A DNA stretch of 64,000 nucleotides, from assembly GCA_964490075.1 (NCBI GenBank), contig CAZBBK010000009.1, positions 1-64,000 of the forward strand, read 5' to 3'. Below, piece by piece: positions 29,925 through 40,352 of this stretch. The notes under the pieces are model-generated. The model was not told where the DNA came from, searched no databases, and worked only from the letters and a program-made list of their open reading frames with translations. This DNA comes from an uncultured Gemmatimonadota bacterium. GTDB lineage: Bacteria; GCA-2686955. Numbering within the stretch: position 1 is the first letter of the stretch; each line of letters begins with the position of its first letter. The translations under genes were made by a program, and so were the position numbers.

Positions 29925-31604
29925 ATGAGCGAAGAGCCGAACAAGATCATCTACTCGATGATCCGGGTCTCCAAGAAACACAATCAGAGGACCGTGCTGA
30001 AGGAGATATCGCTGTCTTACTTCTATGGAGCCAAGATCGGCGTGCTGGGGCTCAACGGTTCGGGCAAGAGCTCGCTGCTGCGCATCCTGGCCGGCGTCGA
30101 CCGGGAGTTCGAGGGGCGCACCGCGCTGGCTCCGGGTCACACGGTGGGGCTGCTGGAGCAAGAGCCGAAGCTGCGGGCGGGCAAGACCGTGCGGCAGATC
30201 GTCGAAGAGGGCGTGCAGCCGATCGTCGACCTGGCGCGGGAGTACGAAGAGATCAGTCTGAAGTTCGCCGAGCCGATGTCGGACGACGAGATGAACGCGC
30301 TGATCGAAAAGCAAGGCGAAGTCCAAGAGCAGATGGACGCGCTGCAGGCCTGGGATCTCGATTCTCGGCTGGAGATGGCCATGGAGGCGCTGCGTTGCCC
30401 GCCGGGGGACGCGCCGGTCGATCGGCTCTCGGGGGGCGAAAAGCGGCGCGTGGCGCTGTGCCGACTGCTGCTCCAGAAGCCGGATATTCTGTTGCTGGAT
30501 GAGCCGACCAATCATCTCGACGCTGAGTCGGTGGCCTGGCTGGAACACCATTTGCAGCAATACTCGGGCACCGTCATCGCGGTGACGCACGACCGCTACT
30601 TCCTGGACAACGTCGCGGGTTGGATTCTGGAGCTGGACCGGGGCGAGGGCATTCCGTGGAAGGGCAACTACTCCTCTTGGCTGGAGCAGAAAGAGCGTCG
30701 GCTGGTCCAGGAAAAGAAGGGCGAGCAACAAAGGCGTCGAGTGCTGCAGCGAGAGCTGGAGTGGATTCAGATGACGCCCAAGGGGCGGCGCGCCAAGTCG
30801 AAGGCGCGCATCAACGCCTACGAATCGCTGCTGGCTCGGGGCAACCTGGAGCACGAAGAGGAGCTGCAGATCTACATCCCGCCCGGGCAACGCCTGGGTG
30901 ATATCGTGATTCGAGCCGACGGAGTTCGCAAGGCTTTCGACGAAACGATTCTGATGGACGACGTGTGTTTCGATCTTCCGCCGGGCGGGATCGTCGGGAT
31001 GATCGGGCCGAACGGGGCGGGGAAGACGACGCTTTTCGAGATGATCACCGGGCACGACCGACCCGACCAGGGCACCTTGCGCGTCGGCGATACGGTGCAG
31101 CTCTCCTACGTCGACCAGGCGCGCGCGATGGATCCCGAGCGAAACGTCTGGGAGCTGATCTCTGGCGGCGAGGACTGGGTGACTCTAGGCGACCGCAAGA
31201 TGAGCTCCCGCGCCTACGTCGGCCGCTTCAACTTCTTCGGTCCCGACCAGCAGAAGAAGGTGGGCATGCTCTCGGGCGGCGAGCGCAACCGCGTGCACCT
31301 GGCGCGCATGCTCACCGAAGGCGGCAACGTGCTGCTCCTCGACGAACCGACCAACGACCTGGACGTCAACACCTTGCGCGCGCTGGAAGAGGCCTTGCTC
31401 GCGTTCGGCGGCTGCGTGGTGGTCATCAGCCACGACCGCTGGTTCCTGGATCGGATCGCGACCCACATCCTGGCCTTCGAAGGCGACAGCCGCGTTGTAT
31501 GGTTCGAGGGCAACTACTCGGACTATGAGGCCGATCGGCGCAAACGACTCGGCGCCGAAGCGGAGGTCCCGCGACGCATTCGCTATCGCCAACTCACTCG
31601 CTGA
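29925..31604 (+). CDS. ettA: Energy-dependent translational throttle ABC-F protein EttA
   Basis: LSYFYGAKIGVLGLNGSGKS, two ABC cassettes, GNYSSWLEQK, ELEWI and KSKARINAYE. Confidence 0.95.
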   Translation: MSEEPNKIIYSMIRVSKKHNQRTVLKEISLSYFYGAKIGVLGLNGSGKSSLLRILAGVDREFEGRTALAPGHTVGLLEQEPKLRAGKTVRQIVEEGVQPIVDLAREYEEISLKFAEPMSDDEMNALIEKQGEVQEQMDALQAWDLDSRLEMAMEALRCPPGDAPVDRLSGGEKRRVALCRLLLQKPDILLLDEPTNHLDAESVAWLEHHLQQYSGTVIAVTHDRYFLDNVAGWILELDRGEGIPWKGNYSSWLEQKERRLVQEKKGEQQRRRVLQRELEWIQMTPKGRRAKSKARINAYESLLARGNLEHEEELQIYIPPGQRLGDIVIRADGVRKAFDETILMDDVCFDLPPGGIVGMIGPNGAGKTTLFEMITGHDRPDQGTLRVGDTVQLSYVDQARAMDPERNVWELISGGEDWVTLGDRKMSSRAYVGRFNFFGPDQQKKVGMLSGGERNRVHLARMLTEGGNVLLLDEPTNDLDVNTLRALEEALLAFGGCVVVISHDRWFLDRIATHILAFEGDSRVVWFEGNYSDYEADRRKRLGAEAEVPRRIRYRQLTR

Positions 31605-31620
31605 AAACCGGGGGAGGCTC

Positions 31621-33636
31621 ATGACCACGGCACTCTTCACACTGCTCGGCGTGGCGCTGTCCACGACCGATCCCCTCGCCTCGATCGCCCACCACCGAAT
31701 CCTCGCGACCATCGAGCCGGAGAGCGGAGCGCTCGCGATCGAGGACCGGATCGAGCTGCTGCCCGGCGCCGGCGCGTCGGCCCTCTACATCGGCTCCGCC
31801 CTGCAGGTTCGGTCGCTGGAGGCCGGAGGGAAGGCGACCGAGTTCCAGGTCGAGGCGAGCGCCGAGCCGGGCCGGGCGCTGCTCAGCTGGCGGGGCGGAC
31901 CAGACGCCGGCACGCTGGTGATCCACTGCACGGCGAGCTTCGCCCCGCCCGCGGAAGGCGAGGCGGTCGAGCTCGAGTACCAGGCGATGGCGATCGACGC
32001 ACTCATCGGCGAGCAAGGCGCGTTTCTGTCGCCCTCCGCGGGTTGGTACCCGCAGGGCGCGGAGGATCTGGCCCGCTTCGATGTCGTTGTCGACGTGCCG
32101 GAGGGCTGGCTGGCCGTGACCGAAGGGGCGCGCGCCACGGAGCGGACCAGCGCCGGGCGAACCCGGATCGAGCACACCGCCCCCTTTCCGGTCGACGGCG
32201 TGCATCTCTGTGCGGGCCCCTATGTGCGCGGAGAGTCGCGTCACGGCGAGGTCGCCGTGGAGACCTACTTCTTCGCCGCCGACACCTCGTTGGCCCCCAC
32301 CTATCTCGAGGCCACAGTCGGCTACCTCGAGCGCTACGAAGCGCTCTTCGGCGACTACCCCTTCGAGCGCTTCGCCGTGGTCGAGAACTTCATGCCGACC
32401 GGCTACGGCATGCCAACCTTCACGCTGCTCGGCCAGCGTGTGGTTCGGCTGCCTTTCATCGTGCGCACCTCGCTGGGCCACGAAGTGCTCCATAACTGGT
32501 GGGGCAACTCGGTCTACGTCGACTACCAGAGCGGCAACTGGTGCGAAGGCCTGACCTCGTACGGCGCCGACTATGCCTACAAGGTCGACCAGGGGCCGGC
32601 GGCGGCGCGCAGGTATCGCAAGGACCTGCTCAAAGCCTACGCCGACTATGTGGCGGCCGGAGCCGACCTGCCGCTGGCGCGTTTCACCGGGCGCACCGAC
32701 AACGCCACGCGGGCGATCGGCTACGGCAAGGCGGCCATGGTCTTCCACATGATGCGCGCGCGCATCGGCGCCGAGGCTTTCGACGCGGCGCTGCGCTGGG
32801 TGGCGGGCGCGTATCGCTGGCGCACGGCGTCGTGGGCCGACTTCTTCGCCGCCTTCGAGCGGGTATCGGGCGTGGATCTGGCGGGGGAGCGGGAGCAGTG
32901 GGTGGAACGTGAGGGAGCTCTCACGCTGAGCCTCGGCAGGGTCGGCGCGCGCTCGACCACCGCAGGGGGCCGGGTGATCGATCTCGAGCTGCGCCAGCAG
33001 GAGCCGCACTACGCGGTCGACGTTCCGGTGCGAATCACGGCGGGCGGTGAGCAACAGATGCACACGGTGCGGATCGAGGCAGCCTCGACCCGGGTGACGA
33101 TCCCGGTGCCGGGACCGCCGCAAGGGATCGACGTCGATCCCGGTTACGACCTGTTCCGGAGCCTGCACGACGCCGAGATGGAGGCGACACTTTCGCAGTT
33201 CTTTGGCGATGCCGGGCGCAGCGCCGTGATCGCATCGACGTTGCGCGGCGGCACCGGCGCCCAAGCGCTGGCGGCGGCGATCGCGCCTGCCGCCAGCACC
33301 GCAAAGGGGAGCGCCGCCGGCCACGCCAAGGCGCTGCTGACCAACAAGACCCCCTACCCGGAACGACTCCCCAGCGAGGCGATCTACGACGACGCCGGGC
33401 GCCTGGTGATCGACGGCCACCTCTTCGACCCCGATGGCGAAGCCTGCGTGCTCGCCCTCGCCGGCGCCGCCGGACCCGAGCTACACGTCATCACCAACGA
33501 CCCGGCCCAGCTCCAGCCCTTGACCAGGAAGCTGAGCCACTATGGTCGCTACAGTTACCTGGTGTTCCGCTCCGGGCACAACGTCGCCAAAGGCAACTGG
33601 TCGGTGAGCGACGGACCTCTGAGCCACACTTTTTGA
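31621..33636 (+). CDS. Exported M1-family metallo-aminopeptidase
   Basis: GYGMPT exopeptidase-motif variant, HEVLHNWWGN-x-NWCEG (HEXXH-18-E) and YGKAAMVFHM. Confidence 0.88.
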   Translation: MTTALFTLLGVALSTTDPLASIAHHRILATIEPESGALAIEDRIELLPGAGASALYIGSALQVRSLEAGGKATEFQVEASAEPGRALLSWRGGPDAGTLVIHCTASFAPPAEGEAVELEYQAMAIDALIGEQGAFLSPSAGWYPQGAEDLARFDVVVDVPEGWLAVTEGARATERTSAGRTRIEHTAPFPVDGVHLCAGPYVRGESRHGEVAVETYFFAADTSLAPTYLEATVGYLERYEALFGDYPFERFAVVENFMPTGYGMPTFTLLGQRVVRLPFIVRTSLGHEVLHNWWGNSVYVDYQSGNWCEGLTSYGADYAYKVDQGPAAARRYRKDLLKAYADYVAAGADLPLARFTGRTDNATRAIGYGKAAMVFHMMRARIGAEAFDAALRWVAGAYRWRTASWADFFAAFERVSGVDLAGEREQWVEREGALTLSLGRVGARSTTAGGRVIDLELRQQEPHYAVDVPVRITAGGEQQMHTVRIEAASTRVTIPVPGPPQGIDVDPGYDLFRSLHDAEMEATLSQFFGDAGRSAVIASTLRGGTGAQALAAAIAPAASTAKGSAAGHAKALLTNKTPYPERLPSEAIYDDAGRLVIDGHLFDPDGEACVLALAGAAGPELHVITNDPAQLQPLTRKLSHYGRYSYLVFRSGHNVAKGNWSVSDGPLSHTF

Positions 33637-33645
33637 GCAAATCCG

Positions 33646-36294
33646 ATGCGCACCAACAATCGAATCGTGATGCTGTTTCTCGCCACCACCTGCTGCGCCG
33701 CCTTGTCCGCCACATCGGCAACGGCCGGTCGCGACACCGGCACCGCGCCTGCCCTCGCCGACCCGGTTCGCGTCGTGCTGCCGCCGGCCGGGGTGCGGGT
33801 CACGACGCTCGACAACGGGCTCCGCGTGGTTGCCATCGCCGACCCGACCTTGCCGATGGTCGGCATCAACGTCGTGGTCAAGGTCGGCTCGGCAACCGAG
33901 AGCGTCGCCACCAGCGGTTCGTCGCACATGCTAGAGCACCTGCTCTTCAACGGCACCGAGACGCGCACCCAGGAGCAGCTCTACGACGACGTCGATTCCT
34001 TCGGTGGCTACAACAACGCCAACACCAGTCGCTTCTACACCAACTTCATGATGCTCGGCCCGTCGCAGGAGCTGGACCGCATGGTCGAGATCCAGGCCGA
34101 CATGCTGTTGCACTCCATCTTGCCGGCGGAGAAGCTGGAGAAGGAGCGCGGCATCGTCATCGAGGAGATCGGCCAGGGAGGCGACGATCCCGGCGAGGAC
34201 GCCGAGCGCTTTCTCTTCGAGAAGTGCTTCCCGGCCAGCCCGGTGGGCATGCCCGTGCTGGGCAACCCGGGCACCATCTCGGGCCTGGGGCGCGACGACC
34301 TCTACGACTTCTACAAGACCTACTACGTTCCGAACAACATGGTCATGAGTGTCGTGGGAGGCTTTGATCCCGAGACTTTGTCGGCGATTCTGGAACGACA
34401 CTGGTCGGCCGCGCCCGCCCGCCCCGTGCCGCGACCGGCGCGTGACTACTCGGCGCCGATCCCACGCTCGGCGGCCTATGCGCGGCGTGGATCCGGCTCT
34501 TCCACGTCGATCGGACTCGCCTTCGAGGCGCCCGCCTACGACAGTCCCGGCCACGTCGCGTTCGAGACCGGCGTCGATCTGTTGAACCGGGCGCTGCCGG
34601 CACTGCTCGACGACACAGCGGCGGCAGCCTTGACCGCGACCGGTGCCCACACCCTGCCCTGGCCGCCCGTCGGACGCCTGATGGTGTCGGGCGAGCTGGC
34701 CGCCGGCGCCGATGCGGCCGCCGCCGCCGAGGCGCTCGAGTCGACGATTCGGGCCTGGGCCGAGGGCCTGGGGAGAACACTGTCGGCGTCCGAGCTGAGC
34801 GCGGTCCTGGCTCGGTCCAGAGCCGAGGCGGCCGGGCTGCTCGAGAAGCCCCACTACTACGGCATCGCCAACGCAGAGCGCTACGCCCTGAGCGACGCGG
34901 ACGAGGTGCAGCTCGCGCTGCCGGCACGCGCCCGGTTGACGCCTGAGGAGATCGCCCGCGCGGCGCGTCCGCTGGCCCGGGGACCGGTGATCTCGACCGT
35001 GCTGCTGGCCGGCGCCGCGGCGAGCGCCGACACGGCGGCAGCGGCGCGGGTGCGCACCGAGCGCCGCGTGCTCGCCAACGGCCTCACCCTGGTGGTCCGC
35101 AACAACCCTTTCGCCAAGGTCTTCGCGGCCCACCTCCTGGCCCGCGACCGCGTGCTCCTGGAGGGCCCCGAGCGTGAGGGCTGGGTCGACCTGATCCACC
35201 GCCTCGTCGCCGGGCAGGGCGGCGATCGCTCGGCGCTCGAGTTCCGGGAAGCGCTGGCGGCGCTCGGAGGCAGCCTCAAGGCCTTCGACTCGGCCATGAT
35301 CCCCTACGACGACTACTACACCTCGCCGCGCTACTCCTTCCTGCGCCTCGAGGCGCTGCCCGAGCACGGCGGCGCCGCGTTGCGCCTGCTCGCCGAGCGG
35401 CTGCGAGCGCGACGACCCTCCGCGGAGGCACTGCTCGAGGTGATCGAGAGCGCGACCGGCGTCGCCTCCCGCAATCAGAGCTCGGCGCGGGCGACCTCGC
35501 GCGCGCTCTTCGATGCCGCGGTCCTCGGAAAGCAGCATCCGCTGGCGCGTGCCACCGAGCTACCGGCGGACGCGGCCACCGAGCGCATCGAGGGGGAGGC
35601 CTTGGAGGCGCTCTGGCGCGAGCTCTTCGACCCAGGCAACCTGGTGGTGTCGGTGGTGACCAGTTCGCCAGCGGACCGGATCGCCGACATCCTCCAGTCG
35701 ACCCTCGAGGGCGGCCCGGCTCCTTCGAAGCGGGAATGGCCCCCCCTGCCGCCCACCCCCGCCACGCAGGTCATCGAGGAGGATCTGGGAAAAGAGCAGG
35801 CCTCGGTGCGCTGGGGAAGCGTGGCGCGCATCGCGCCGGCCGACGAAGAGGCGCTGCGCCTGGCGGTGAGCGTGCTCTCCAGCCGGCTGCAAGACGACCT
35901 GCGAGAGACCCGCGGCCTGGCCTACTCGCTGGGGGCTTCGGTGAGCGTGATCGGCGACCGCGCCTGGATCGAGGTCGGCGGCGGAACCCGTCCCGAGAAC
36001 ATCGAGGAGTTCATGGAGGGGATTCGCACGATCGTCGCGTCGCTGGCGTCGGCCGGCACCACGCCCGAAGAGCTGGAGATCGCGCGTCGCGCCCTGCTCG
36101 GCAGGATGCGCATGCGCCAGCTCTCCAGCATGGGGCAGGCTTTTCGCCTCGGCGTGGGCGAGGCGCTGCACGGCTCCTACACCTGGAGCGACGATTCCAT
36201 GTCGCGGTTCGGCGCGGTCACCGTTCAGGAGGTCGATCGGGCCGCCGCGCGCTACCTGCGCCCCGAGCACAGGGTCGAGGTGGTGGTTCGGTAG
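33646..36294 (+). CDS. Exported M16 (pitrilysin-family) zinc peptidase, two-module
   Basis: Signal peptide, LDNGL, HMLEH, NANT, ERGIVIEE and LRETRGLAYS. The second module lacks HXXEH. Confidence 0.92.
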   Translation: MRTNNRIVMLFLATTCCAALSATSATAGRDTGTAPALADPVRVVLPPAGVRVTTLDNGLRVVAIADPTLPMVGINVVVKVGSATESVATSGSSHMLEHLLFNGTETRTQEQLYDDVDSFGGYNNANTSRFYTNFMMLGPSQELDRMVEIQADMLLHSILPAEKLEKERGIVIEEIGQGGDDPGEDAERFLFEKCFPASPVGMPVLGNPGTISGLGRDDLYDFYKTYYVPNNMVMSVVGGFDPETLSAILERHWSAAPARPVPRPARDYSAPIPRSAAYARRGSGSSTSIGLAFEAPAYDSPGHVAFETGVDLLNRALPALLDDTAAAALTATGAHTLPWPPVGRLMVSGELAAGADAAAAAEALESTIRAWAEGLGRTLSASELSAVLARSRAEAAGLLEKPHYYGIANAERYALSDADEVQLALPARARLTPEEIARAARPLARGPVISTVLLAGAAASADTAAAARVRTERRVLANGLTLVVRNNPFAKVFAAHLLARDRVLLEGPEREGWVDLIHRLVAGQGGDRSALEFREALAALGGSLKAFDSAMIPYDDYYTSPRYSFLRLEALPEHGGAALRLLAERLRARRPSAEALLEVIESATGVASRNQSSARATSRALFDAAVLGKQHPLARATELPADAATERIEGEALEALWRELFDPGNLVVSVVTSSPADRIADILQSTLEGGPAPSKREWPPLPPTPATQVIEEDLGKEQASVRWGSVARIAPADEEALRLAVSVLSSRLQDDLRETRGLAYSLGASVSVIGDRAWIEVGGGTRPENIEEFMEGIRTIVASLASAGTTPEELEIARRALLGRMRMRQLSSMGQAFRLGVGEALHGSYTWSDDSMSRFGAVTVQEVDRAAARYLRPEHRVEVVVR

Positions 36295-36304
36295 CGGCGG
36301 CTCC

Positions 36305-36595
36305 CTACCAGAGCATCCGCTCGATATGCTTGGGCTTGGGAGCCTGGGCCAGGTTCTGGCGGCCGTACTTGTCCTTGATGGAGCTGCTCACGTCGGCGCC
36401 CGACTTGCCCTCGCTCAGCTGCTCTTCGATGTCCGCGATCGCTGCGGTGACCCACGCCGGATAACGTCTCGGTTTGTTCCCGCCCCCCCCGTAGGGGACC
36501 CAGGGCGCGAAGGTATCGAGCAGGTCGTGAACTCTGTCGTCGGGGATGCTGAGCGTTTGGGAGATGTCGGGCACTGTGACCATCCGCGACCTCAT
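36305..36595 (-). CDS. Small putative HTH (MerR-like) DNA-binding protein
   Basis: TVPDISQTLSIPDDRVHDLLDTF...GNKPRRYP resembles a MerR-type winged HTH. Confidence 0.5.
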   Translation of the reverse strand: MRSRMVTVPDISQTLSIPDDRVHDLLDTFAPWVPYGGGGNKPRRYPAWVTAAIADIEEQLSEGKSGADVSSSIKDKYGRQNLAQAPKPKHIERMLW

Positions 36596-36802
36596 CGGCT
36601 GTGGAGGAGGAAGCCCGGCTCTGGTCCCGCGGGGGCTGACACCCCCTACAGCGCAACGAGTTATAGAAACTCGTGGCCGCGAGCTGGGGGGCCCCCGCTC
36701 CTGGTGAGCGACGCGCGCGGGGCGCGCCGGATTCGATCAGGCATCAACTCAAAACTAATCGATTTGGCCCGACTTGTCACCTGCTGAGCGACCTTGCCGA
36801 GA

Positions 36803-36820
36803 TGTACACTACACTGTACA
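36803..36820. promoter_or_regulatory. Candidate YefM-type operator
   Basis: Two TGTACA palindromes (36803-36808, 36815-36820) at 12-bp spacing, 25 bp upstream of the antitoxin start. Confidence 0.7.
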
Positions 36821-36844
36821 TTTGAGCATGGAAAGAGGTGACGC

Positions 36845-37081
36845 ATGAAGACCATTACGTTCACTGAGTTCCGCAAGAACGCCTCGGCCCTGTTCTCCGA
36901 TGTGGAGCGTGGCGAGGTGCTCGTCATCATTCGACACGGCAAGCCGATCGCCGAGGTGTCCCCGATTCCCTCGCCGGATATCCTACCGGCGTGGCAGCGA
37001 CCCGCCCTGCGTCTGTCGGCCCGGGGAAAGGGACTGTCGGAGGCGATCCTGGAAGAGCGTGCAGATGAAGACCTTTCTTGA
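36845..37081 (+). CDS. Phd/YefM-family antitoxin
   Basis: MKTITFTEFRKNASALFSDVERGEVLVIIRHGKPIAEV. Confidence 0.9.
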   Translation: MKTITFTEFRKNASALFSDVERGEVLVIIRHGKPIAEVSPIPSPDILPAWQRPALRLSARGKGLSEAILEERADEDLS

Positions 37082-37478
37082 CTCTTCGGCCTTCGCGAAG
37101 CGTTACGTCGAGGAAGAAGGGAGTGATGCGGTCGAAGAGCTCTGCGCGAAGGCAAGCGCACTGGCTCTCTCCGTCATCTGTGCTCCCGAGATCGTCTCGG
37201 CCCTGAATCGCCGCCTGCGCGAAGGCTCGCTGTCGCGCGGTCAATACCGGGAAGCAAAGACTCGTCTGTCGGCGGAGGTGGCCGATGCCACGATCGTGAA
37301 CCTGGTTCCGGCGGTGGTCGGAGAGGCGATCCGGATCCTGGAAGCCAATCCTCTGCGGGCGATGGATGCACTCCACGTGGCTTGTGCGTTGCTGTGGAAT
37401 GCGCAGCTCTTCGTTTCGGCGGATGCGCGGCAGGTGGGTGCGGCCAAGAAGGCCAAGCTGCGGACCCGGCAGGTGTGA
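37065..37478 (+). CDS. vapC: PIN-domain toxin (VapC family)
   Basis: FLDSSAFAKRYVEEEGS, LRAMDALHVACA and FVSADARQ. Confidence 0.9.
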   Translation: MKTFLDSSAFAKRYVEEEGSDAVEELCAKASALALSVICAPEIVSALNRRLREGSLSRGQYREAKTRLSAEVADATIVNLVPAVVGEAIRILEANPLRAMDALHVACALLWNAQLFVSADARQVGAAKKAKLRTRQV

Positions 37479-37497
37479 TCGGGGCCTGGCGCCTGCT

Positions 37498-40245
37498 CTA
37501 CGTCCCCACATCCGGGTCCAAGAGCCGCACTCCCGCGGTGGCGCGCGCCCCCACCGGCACCTCCACCGTCCCATCCACCACCGGCAGCGCGGCACCGTCC
37601 CGCTCCAGTACGTCGGTGCGCAGAGCGCAGCCGACCGCTTCGTTGCCGAGCATTACCCGCACGGTCGCCGACGATCCCGCGATCTCGCGCAGCCGCAAGA
37701 TCACTCCCCGGCCATCCTCGGCCGGCTTCAGGTCGATCATCTCGACCGCCGCCCCCTCCAGTCGCAGCGCCGAGGCGGTGGGCGCGGCCCCCGTCCCCCA
37801 TCCCATTCCCGGCGGCACCACCACGGCCCGCAAGGGATCGGCGAATCCGGCGCTCGCGCGGGACACCCCGAGCGCGTCCCAGCCCCCTTCGCGGGGCACG
37901 AGGCCGTAGCGCAGGACCATTCGCGAGCCTTCGCCCGGCTCCACATCGACCGGGCCGATCGCACCGCCGAAGTACTGCGCCTCGTCGGCCTTTTTGTCGA
38001 AGCGCGACACCAGCGTCGCTCGCTGGGGCGCCTCCTGGCGCGAGAACTGGATGGTCTCGAACTCCGCGACCAGCGCGTCGGGCGTCAACATCGTGATCGA
38101 CGCCTGCGCGCCGCTCAGATCGACCCAGGGACCGACGCTGAAGCGGCCCATCTCCGCGCCGGGAAGCTGGTCCGGCTGCTCGCCGTAGAGCCGCATCGGC
38201 CCGGCGGGGGAGGCGATCCGTGCCGCGAAGGGGTCGAGGTCGAGCGGAAAGCGGAAAGCGAAGTAGTCGAAGGAGCGGCTGTAGGGGACGTGGGGAAGGG
38301 CGTCGCGCAGCACGGTGTTGGAGAGCTCCAGCACGCTCGAGGCGCGGCGCAGCGCCACGTCGACGAAGCGGTGGGCGCTGCCCGCGCGACGGAAGCGCAC
38401 CGCTTGCAGCAAGGGCCCATCGGCCTGGATCAGCGGTTCCACGGCGCCGGCCTGGGTTGGGTGGACGAGACCGATCAGGTGCTGGCGGTTCGACGCGCGG
38501 ATCATGCCGTTGAAGGGTTGATCCAGCGCCGAGTCGATCCACTCGCGGCCGCTGCGCAGGTCGACCAGGGAGCTGATCCGCCCGTCGCCGTGCTCCACTC
38601 GCACCCGCAGCACACCGTTGTCGAGCACCGTCGCCTCATCGCCGAGCTCGATGCCCGGACGGCTCCGACCGCGCTCGGAGCAGATGGCCGGAGCGGGCGC
38701 CGATCGCCGCACCAGGAGCCGGCGGTAGCCGACCGGAGGAACCGGCGGAACCTCGACCAGGATCCGCTCCGCCCCCGGCACCGGCTGCACCGGCAGCACG
38801 CTCCCGGTGGCATCGTCGACGACCTCCACCGCACCGGGTGGCCACCCTTCGGGAAGCTCGACCCCGACCACGCCACCCCGCTCCCACTCCCGGGCGTTGG
38901 CGACCACCACCGCCAGCGAGTCGCCCGAGGTCACGCCCTGCGCCAGCGCCGCCAGCGCCTCGTCGAGCTCCTCGCGCGTCCACCGATCGGCCCTGCGGGC
39001 CACCTCGGCGACCTCGCGGTTATGGAGCTCGGTCTCTTCGACCGTCAACAGGCCCGGCCAGGGCGCGCCGCCGCCCGAATGCTCGTCGTACTCGGCGATG
39101 TCGTGGGCGATCCGCCGCCAACGCCGGCGGTCGCGGGCGGTGCCGGGGCTTTCGGCCAGCCACTCGCCCGCCACCGACAGCGCCTCGGCCGCGGGGGCGC
39201 GAAGCTGCGAACGACGGTTCTTGATCTGGGTGCGCGGCGCGATGATCGCCACCACGTCCCAGCGTCCGGCCCAGTCGCCGCGGTAGCCGGTCAGGTCGGG
39301 GGCGGTCTCCAGGATGTGCTCGAAGAACTCGCTGGGGGTGGCCAGCCGCAGCTTCGGGTTGTCGTAGGTCGCGTTCCATTCCCGCGCCAGGTCGGCCATG
39401 CCGAGCGACGCGTCGGCGTTGTCGAAGCCGCGCATCACCAGGATCGCGTCGAAGGGATAGCCCGCCTCCTCCCACTCCGGCAGCCGGCGCGAAAGCTGCT
39501 GGAAGGCGGTCTGCACCGTCAGCAGTCCGTACTCGATGTAGCCCTCGGCGTAGGAGCCGTCGGCGATCCAGGTGAGCACCTCGTCGCCGCCGGGGCCCGA
39601 CCAGCGAAAGGGGTAGTCGGCACGCGGAATGGTCGCGCCGGTGCCGATGAAATCGTTGGCACCGGCCAGGAAGTAGCGGATGCCCGCGTCCGCCATCACC
39701 TCCGGCAGCCCCCAGGACCAGCCCGGCACGTCGTCGCCCAGCACCACCCGCGGCGCGATCCCCAGCGCCCGCCCCGCCAGCCCCGCCGCACCCATCCAGC
39801 GGATCATCTCCCAGGGCGCCATCGAAGCCGAGTGCATGCTGGCGAGTCCCCCCCCGACCTCGACCCGGCCGGCCTCGATCAGCTCGCGCATGCGCAGCCG
39901 CGAGCCGGCGTCGGCCCGGATCCAGAACTGCTCGAGCTGCCACAGCTCCTCCACCGTCCAGCGGAAGTCGGAATCCTGGTCGGCGAACGAGACGACGTTC
40001 TCGAGAATGCGCCAGTGGGTCTCGGCAACCTCCGAGGGCGGCGCGGTGAAACCGATGTCGAGGTGCGACATCTCCACCACGTAGATCGTCTCGATCGAGG
40101 AAGGAATCCCCTGCCCCGGCGGGGGCGGCGGCGGCAGCGGTCGATCGTAGATGCGCTCGATCTCGCTCCAGGCCATGGGAGAGTGGGCGGCGGCGGTGGC
40201 GGCGGCGAGCAGCGTCGCCAGGATCGACAGCTTCTTCGTGTGCAT
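37498..40245 (-). CDS. Secreted glycoside hydrolase family 38-like (alpha-mannosidase-like) protein
   Basis: Signal peptide, SHLDIGF zinc motif, DDVPG, PFRWSGPGG, EHSGG and C-terminal LKPAEDGRGVILRLRE. Confidence 0.8.
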   Translation of the reverse strand: MHTKKLSILATLLAAATAAAHSPMAWSEIERIYDRPLPPPPPPGQGIPSSIETIYVVEMSHLDIGFTAPPSEVAETHWRILENVVSFADQDSDFRWTVEELWQLEQFWIRADAGSRLRMRELIEAGRVEVGGGLASMHSASMAPWEMIRWMGAAGLAGRALGIAPRVVLGDDVPGWSWGLPEVMADAGIRYFLAGANDFIGTGATIPRADYPFRWSGPGGDEVLTWIADGSYAEGYIEYGLLTVQTAFQQLSRRLPEWEEAGYPFDAILVMRGFDNADASLGMADLAREWNATYDNPKLRLATPSEFFEHILETAPDLTGYRGDWAGRWDVVAIIAPRTQIKNRRSQLRAPAAEALSVAGEWLAESPGTARDRRRWRRIAHDIAEYDEHSGGGAPWPGLLTVEETELHNREVAEVARRADRWTREELDEALAALAQGVTSGDSLAVVVANAREWERGGVVGVELPEGWPPGAVEVVDDATGSVLPVQPVPGAERILVEVPPVPPVGYRRLLVRRSAPAPAICSERGRSRPGIELGDEATVLDNGVLRVRVEHGDGRISSLVDLRSGREWIDSALDQPFNGMIRASNRQHLIGLVHPTQAGAVEPLIQADGPLLQAVRFRRAGSAHRFVDVALRRASSVLELSNTVLRDALPHVPYSRSFDYFAFRFPLDLDPFAARIASPAGPMRLYGEQPDQLPGAEMGRFSVGPWVDLSGAQASITMLTPDALVAEFETIQFSRQEAPQRATLVSRFDKKADEAQYFGGAIGPVDVEPGEGSRMVLRYGLVPREGGWDALGVSRASAGFADPLRAVVVPPGMGWGTGAAPTASALRLEGAAVEMIDLKPAEDGRGVILRLREIAGSSATVRVMLGNEAVGCALRTDVLERDGAALPVVDGTVEVPVGARATAGVRLLDPDVGT

Positions 40246-40352
40246 GATGCGCCTCGTGTCGACCCCACATCCGTCACCAAAGAGTAAGCTCTCCTGACCA
40301 TCCCCAGCTCGCGCACGCCGCTCAGCGAACCGCCCTTGCACGGAACACCGTC

